Origin: Sedimentisphaerales bacterium
GTDB lineage: Bacteria; Planctomycetota; Phycisphaerae; Sedimentisphaerales; SM23-30
Reading direction: 5' to 3' (one strand)
NCBI GenBank assembly: GCA_963666285.1
Contig: OY762711.1
DNA length: 64,000 nt
The notes beneath the pieces were generated by a model that saw only the letters and a program-made list of their open reading frames with translations, did no database searches and was not told where the DNA came from. Shown here piece after piece: positions 59,674-64,000 of the stretch. How positions within the stretch are numbered: the first letter of the stretch is position 1; every line of letters starts with the position of its first letter. The translations under genes were made by a program, and so were the position numbers.

Positions 59674-61392
59674 ATGAGAAGTTATACTAGCTTATTTTTA
59701 TTATTTATTATTGTTTCATCTGAAGCGATAGCACAGTATTCCGGTGGGAGTGGAACAGAGCAGGATCCATATATAATTGCATGCAGAAACGACTTGTTTA
59801 ATATAGGACAAAATCCTGAGCATTGGGGTAATTATTTTCTGCAAACAGCAGATATTGTAATGGGTAGCTATGATGATGTGACTCCGTATACACCGCCTGG
59901 CTCCGACTTTTTTAATCCATTTACCGGTGGCTTCAATGGCAATGGTTATATAATAAAAGATTTTGGTGTTGATCAGAATCAGAGTAACCTCGGCCTGTTT
60001 GGCTATCTTTTATATCCTGCTCAGCTGTTAAATATTAACCTGGTGAATGTCACTGTTGAAGGTGATAGTTGTATAGGTGCTTTAGCAGGTACGTCTGAAG
60101 CTAATATCATTAATTGTTCGATCGATGGGAGTGTTGCTGGGACGTACAATGTAGGAGGGATGGTTGGGTGTAACGGAGGAAGGATTTTTGATTGCCATTG
60201 TTCTGGTACGGTTACGGGTACAGATACGGTTGGAGGATTATGTGGTAAGAACGCCTTTAATTTTGATATGTTTCAGGTAATAGGGTGTGGTACTATTGAT
60301 TCAAGCTTTTCTCGATCATCGGTAAATGCAACCAGGTATGCCGGTGGGCTTTGTGGCGAAAATCCTGAATATCTTTCATCAATAATTAACTGTTATGCTC
60401 TTGGCCCGGTTTCAGCAGATTATGCCGTTGGAGGGTTATGTGCCTTGAATATTGCAGGTGCTGATATCTCTGGCTGCTATAGTGATAATATTATTACAGG
60501 TGGTTCATATGCAGCAGGGCTTGTGGCATTGAATTATGGAGCTTCGATTTCAAGCTGCTACTCGTCAGGCAGTTTAACTGGAAGTTCTTTTATCGGGGGG
60601 TTGTGCGCATGTAATGATGGAGAATATATTACATATGATGGATATCAATGGGGTTGGATTGACTGTAGTTTTTCTGATTGCGATATTTCAGTATCCGGTA
60701 GTAATAATGTTATTGGTGGTTTGTGTGCCCAGAATAACTCGGGGATAATTTGTTGTTTTGACTATAATGATATTTATATAGAAGGCGATAACAATTCAGT
60801 TGGAGGTCTTATTGGTTCCAATGAATATTGTGTAAACAGCTATTCATACGGTAATGTATATATTAGTGGGGAATATAATTCAATTGGCGGGTTTGTATGT
60901 AATACGGTCGGCCATATGGGCGATTGTTATGAGCGGGGTAAGATATATGACAACGGTACAAACAATGCAGTAATGCCATTTTATGTAGTAAATAGTAATA
61001 TTATCGAAGATTGTTTTTGGGATATAGAATTTATGAATATCCCTGACCCGGAATCAGGAGGTGTTGATACAGATGGCGTTGTAGGAATTACCACTGCTCA
61101 AATGATGGATATAAATACTTTTTTGAATGCAGGATGGGATTTTACCGGCGAAACGCAGAATGGGATAGATGATTTTTGGAAAATGGGAATTATCCCTGTA
61201 ACGTATTGCCAGAATTGTATTGATATATTAGATTTTGCATTAGTTGCTCAATGCTGGATGAATAATCAGTGTGGCCTTGCTTCTACCTGCCACTATGTTG
61301 ATTTGTTAGTTGATCATATGGTTGATATTAACGATCTGGCAATTTTGACTGCACATTGGCTTTCTTATGATCCTATTACAAGGTTTCATTAA
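59674..61392 (+). CDS. Secreted GLUG-motif repeat protein with dockerin-like C-terminus
   Basis: Signal peptide, YSGGSGT..DPY.I, repeated VGGLCG/IGGL units, C-terminal D..DFA..A..W / D..DLA.L..HWL. Confidence 0.85.
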   Translation: MRSYTSLFLLFIIVSSEAIAQYSGGSGTEQDPYIIACRNDLFNIGQNPEHWGNYFLQTADIVMGSYDDVTPYTPPGSDFFNPFTGGFNGNGYIIKDFGVDQNQSNLGLFGYLLYPAQLLNINLVNVTVEGDSCIGALAGTSEANIINCSIDGSVAGTYNVGGMVGCNGGRIFDCHCSGTVTGTDTVGGLCGKNAFNFDMFQVIGCGTIDSSFSRSSVNATRYAGGLCGENPEYLSSIINCYALGPVSADYAVGGLCALNIAGADISGCYSDNIITGGSYAAGLVALNYGASISSCYSSGSLTGSSFIGGLCACNDGEYITYDGYQWGWIDCSFSDCDISVSGSNNVIGGLCAQNNSGIICCFDYNDIYIEGDNNSVGGLIGSNEYCVNSYSYGNVYISGEYNSIGGFVCNTVGHMGDCYERGKIYDNGTNNAVMPFYVVNSNIIEDCFWDIEFMNIPDPESGGVDTDGVVGITTAQMMDINTFLNAGWDFTGETQNGIDDFWKMGIIPVTYCQNCIDILDFALVAQCWMNNQCGLASTCHYVDLLVDHMVDINDLAILTAHWLSYDPITRFH

Positions 61393-61414
61393 TTCTGTTT
61401 ATCCTTATGCAAAA

Positions 61415-62557
61415 TCAAATATTACCTGAACTGATTTTATATGCAATCTCTTGAAGTTCGGCCAGGGCATAGTCAAAAAATATCTTGTATCCTTCGCAGA
61501 GATAGCTTGGGTAGTTGTAACCTCCGGCTGCGAGCCGATCTTTTGGGCAGCCTCCGCGACACATTTCCAGATGGCGGCATACATTACATTTTGGAGCCAG
61601 TTTTCTTTTTCTGCGGTTGAATTCTCTTTTTTGTGTACTGTTAGCCAGGTCATTGATATGTTTTTTGTGAATATTTCCCAGATGCGATTCATCATCTACG
61701 AAGAAATCACAGCAGAATACATCACCATTGTGTTCAACGACTACATAATCTGCACATTTTGGTGAAAATGTGCATTCAGCCTGCACTCCTTGAGTGAATT
61801 TCATCATTATACTATCGAAGAGACGGATATGCAGTTTGGATGGGCCATATTCTTTCCAGCGGTCAAATATTCGGCACATAAAGCGACCATATTGTTCTGG
61901 TGAAACTGAAAAGTTAGTGATTGCTTTATTTGCTCTTGAATGAAATTCTTCCTCAAAATCTTCGTTTTTTTCAATGCATGGTATAAACTGCAAATAATCA
62001 GTTCCCTGTTCAATTAAAAAATCGAATATCTCATCCGGATTATCTGCATTGTAACTATTCAAAAGGGTGAGCAGGTTGTATTCAACTCCATTGGCTTTAC
62101 AGCATTCAATACCATTTATTACTTTAGCGTGTGTTCCGCTTCCGGCGTGATCAACTCGGAAATGGTCGTGGTATTTTTCTGGTCCATCAATACTTATTCC
62201 CAGTAAGAAATCATTTTTTGCAAAAAAACTTGCCCATAAATCATCAATGAGAATTGCATTTGTCTGGAGTGAATTAATAATAATTTGATTGGCATTACCA
62301 TATTTTTTTTGGAGTTCCACTTGTTTTTGATAAAATTCAAGTCCCATAAGTGTTGGTTCGCCACCCTGAAAGGCAAAACTGCTTTGAGGCAGGTTCAATT
62401 CCAGGTATTGCCTGGTGAGCAAATCCTGCGTTTCTGGACTCATTCTATGCTGTTTATTGCCGTAATATGCACTCTTTCTGCAATAAAAACAGTATTTACA
62501 GGTAATATTGCAGTCTGGTCCTGTGGGTTTTATTAGTAATGTAAATGGATAACTCAT
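61415..62557 (-). CDS. Anaerobic sulfatase-maturating radical SAM/SPASM enzyme
   Basis: IKPTG..CNITCKYCFY, QGGEPTL, QTNA, GISIDGP, SPASM cysteines including CRGGCPKDR. Confidence 0.92.
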   Translation of the reverse strand: MSYPFTLLIKPTGPDCNITCKYCFYCRKSAYYGNKQHRMSPETQDLLTRQYLELNLPQSSFAFQGGEPTLMGLEFYQKQVELQKKYGNANQIIINSLQTNAILIDDLWASFFAKNDFLLGISIDGPEKYHDHFRVDHAGSGTHAKVINGIECCKANGVEYNLLTLLNSYNADNPDEIFDFLIEQGTDYLQFIPCIEKNEDFEEEFHSRANKAITNFSVSPEQYGRFMCRIFDRWKEYGPSKLHIRLFDSIMMKFTQGVQAECTFSPKCADYVVVEHNGDVFCCDFFVDDESHLGNIHKKHINDLANSTQKREFNRRKRKLAPKCNVCRHLEMCRGGCPKDRLAAGGYNYPSYLCEGYKIFFDYALAELQEIAYKISSGNI

Positions 62558-62768
62558 TATTTTGTAATGCCTTAAATTCGGGCTGGTTTTTCTGTTTTTA
62601 TTGTTATCTATACCAGAAATTCTTAATAAAAGTATAGTATTTTTGGTTTTTATTGTTGAAATTTCATCAAAAACAATTATTATATCTAATCTTCGTCCTG
62701 TTTGAAGAGATTATTCTCCCTTTAGACAGTGAAAAAAAGTAAATAATCAGTTTTTCCCGCTGGGAAGT

Positions 62769-62841
62769 GGGGGATTAACTCAATCGGTAGAGTAACGGCC
62801 TTTTAAGCCGTGAGTTCTGGGTTCGAGTCCCAGATCCCTCA
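62769..62841 (+). tRNA. tRNA-Lys (UUU), CCA not encoded
   Basis: Acceptor GGGGGAT/ATCCCTC-A, D arm ACTC/GAGT, anticodon arm ACGGC-CTTTTAA-GCCGT, T arm CTGGG-TTCGAGT-CCCAG. Confidence 0.95.
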
Positions 62842-62856
62842 TTATCAGCTTTTATG

Positions 62857-62888
62857 CCTTGTAATTCATTGAATTACAAGGTTTTTTT
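62857..62888 (+). terminator. Intrinsic terminator after tRNA-Lys
   Basis: CCTTGTAATTC-ATT-GAATTACAAGG followed by T7. Confidence 0.8.
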
Positions 62889-62961
62889 ATTTATTATATA
62901 GTGCTAACGAATTGTTTCTGTTCTGGAACATGAATATCGATTATACTTGTAACTAAATTTT

Positions 62962-64000
62962 ATGACCACTGCAGCACCATTTTTAACAGAAGAAATCCCC
63001 GGCATTGGCGGTCAGCTAAAGATGCGCCCGGAAGATTTCAAAGTAGAAGAGATACCTCTGTATCATCCGTCTGGTGAAGGTACGCATACTTATATCTGGA
63101 TTGAAAAGAAAAAGATTGCTACTCTCCCGGCGATAGCAGCTATAGCCCAGGCCCTTGGGATTCGTAGAAAAGATATTGGTTTTGCCGGACTCAAAGATGC
63201 CCGTGCGATTACCAGGCAATGGTTGAGTATAGAACATGCTGATATTGAAGCTATTAAGAATTTAGATTTTGAAAATATTCAAATCCTTAAAATTGACCGC
63301 CATGTTAATAAGATAAAAACAGGTCATTTATGGGGTAATCGCTTCGATATTAATATAAGGAATCTTAAGCTAAGTGACTGTGATATTGATGAAGCATATT
63401 CACGGGTTACGCAGGTATTTGATATTCTGAGCAAAAGAGGAGTTCCAAATTATTACGGTCAGCAAAGATTTGGTAAACGCGATGATGGTCAGGTTTTGGG
63501 ATCTGCCATTATTCGCCAGGATTGGGAAGCTTTTATTACCGAATTGATTGGCAATCCTCGTAGAGTAGAAAGTGTCAGTATTCAGCGTGCCAGAAAGGCG
63601 TTTGAAGAGCGTGACTTTGATACTGCTATGCGATCATGGCCGCCTGGTTTTATGGCTCAGTTGCAAGCGTTGAGATACTTGAGAAAACATCGTGACAATG
63701 ATTTTGAAGGTGCTTTCAATGCGATTGATCATAAATACCGCAGGTTTTGCATTTCGAGTTTCCAGTCAGCAATGTTCAATAAGGTGTTGGCAAAAAGAGT
63801 TCAGGATATAGATATTCTATACAAAGGTGATATTGCCCGCAAGCATGATAATGGAGCATGCTTTATGGTATTTGAGCCTTCAATTGAACAGCATCGCTGT
63901 ACTAACTTTGATATCAGTCCGACCGGACCAATGTTTGGTTATGAAATGCTATGGCCGGCAGAAGATGCGGCTATGCTGGAAAATGAAGTTCTCATTGAGC
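62962..64000 (+). CDS. truD: tRNA pseudouridine(13) synthase TruD, 3' end outside the window (absent from the ORF track)
   Basis: Hand translation gives GIGGQLKMRPEDFKVEEIP, GEGTH, FAGLKDARAITRQW, GHLWGNRF, GVPNYYGQQRFG. Confidence 0.92.
   Translation, partial: MTTAAPFLTEEIPGIGGQLKMRPEDFKVEEIPLYHPSGEGTHTYIWIEKKKIATLPAIAAIAQALGIRRKDIGFAGLKDARAITRQWLSIEHADIEAIKNLDFENIQILKIDRHVNKIKTGHLWGNRFDINIRNLKLSDCDIDEAYSRVTQVFDILSKRGVPNYYGQQRFGKRDDGQVLGSAIIRQDWEAFITELIGNPRRVESVSIQRARKAFEERDFDTAMRSWPPGFMAQLQALRYLRKHRDNDFEGAFNAIDHKYRRFCISSFQSAMFNKVLAKRVQDIDILYKGDIARKHDNGACFMVFEPSIEQHRCTNFDISPTGPMFGYEMLWPAEDAAMLENEVLIE

Noticed and set aside
62769..62900. tRNA-Lys as an island integration site
   Set aside because: No integrase and no duplicated tRNA 3' end seen; it is followed by a terminator and truD.
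63016..63237. 73-aa minus-strand ORF
   Set aside because: Antisense to truD.
1..64000. CRISPR array, rRNA, transposase or prophage genes
   Set aside because: No regularly spaced repeats or recognisable hallmark genes were seen.

Overview
An AT-rich bacterial chromosomal window. The gene families suggest a planctomycete (Phycisphaerae/Sedimentisphaerales-like); this is an inference from the GLUG protein with a dockerin-like tail, the membrane-anchored GspE next to a CvpA-like gene, and the flhA-flhF-flhG-orf-fliA layout. In order it carries: two tandem Cache-domain chemoreceptors; a GspE/PilB ATPase and a CvpA-like gene; degP, a metallophosphoesterase and a Ser/Thr kinase; a degenerate amidase-like gene; flhA-flhF-flhG-orf-fliA; a two-partner secretion pair with a 5094-aa TpsA; lexA-ispF-rph; a hybrid histidine kinase; a TPR-protein/histidine kinase/OmpR-regulator operon; a HAD phosphatase; two amtB-glnK pairs; a GLUG protein; an anaerobic sulfatase maturase; tRNA-Lys(UUU); and the 5' part of truD. 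The most notable unexplained structures are: (1) two secreted proteins and the sensor kinase of one operon share a related TPR-like module; (2) two inverted 161-bp hairpin MITE-like elements with TAAA flanks and compensatory base changes bracket the HAD gene and one amtB-glnK pair; (3) the TpsA gene is compositionally mosaic; (4) an ORF overlaps the lexA 5' end; (5) there are candidate CsrA, sigma28 and variant sigma54 signals. All calls were made by eye, with no database searches.
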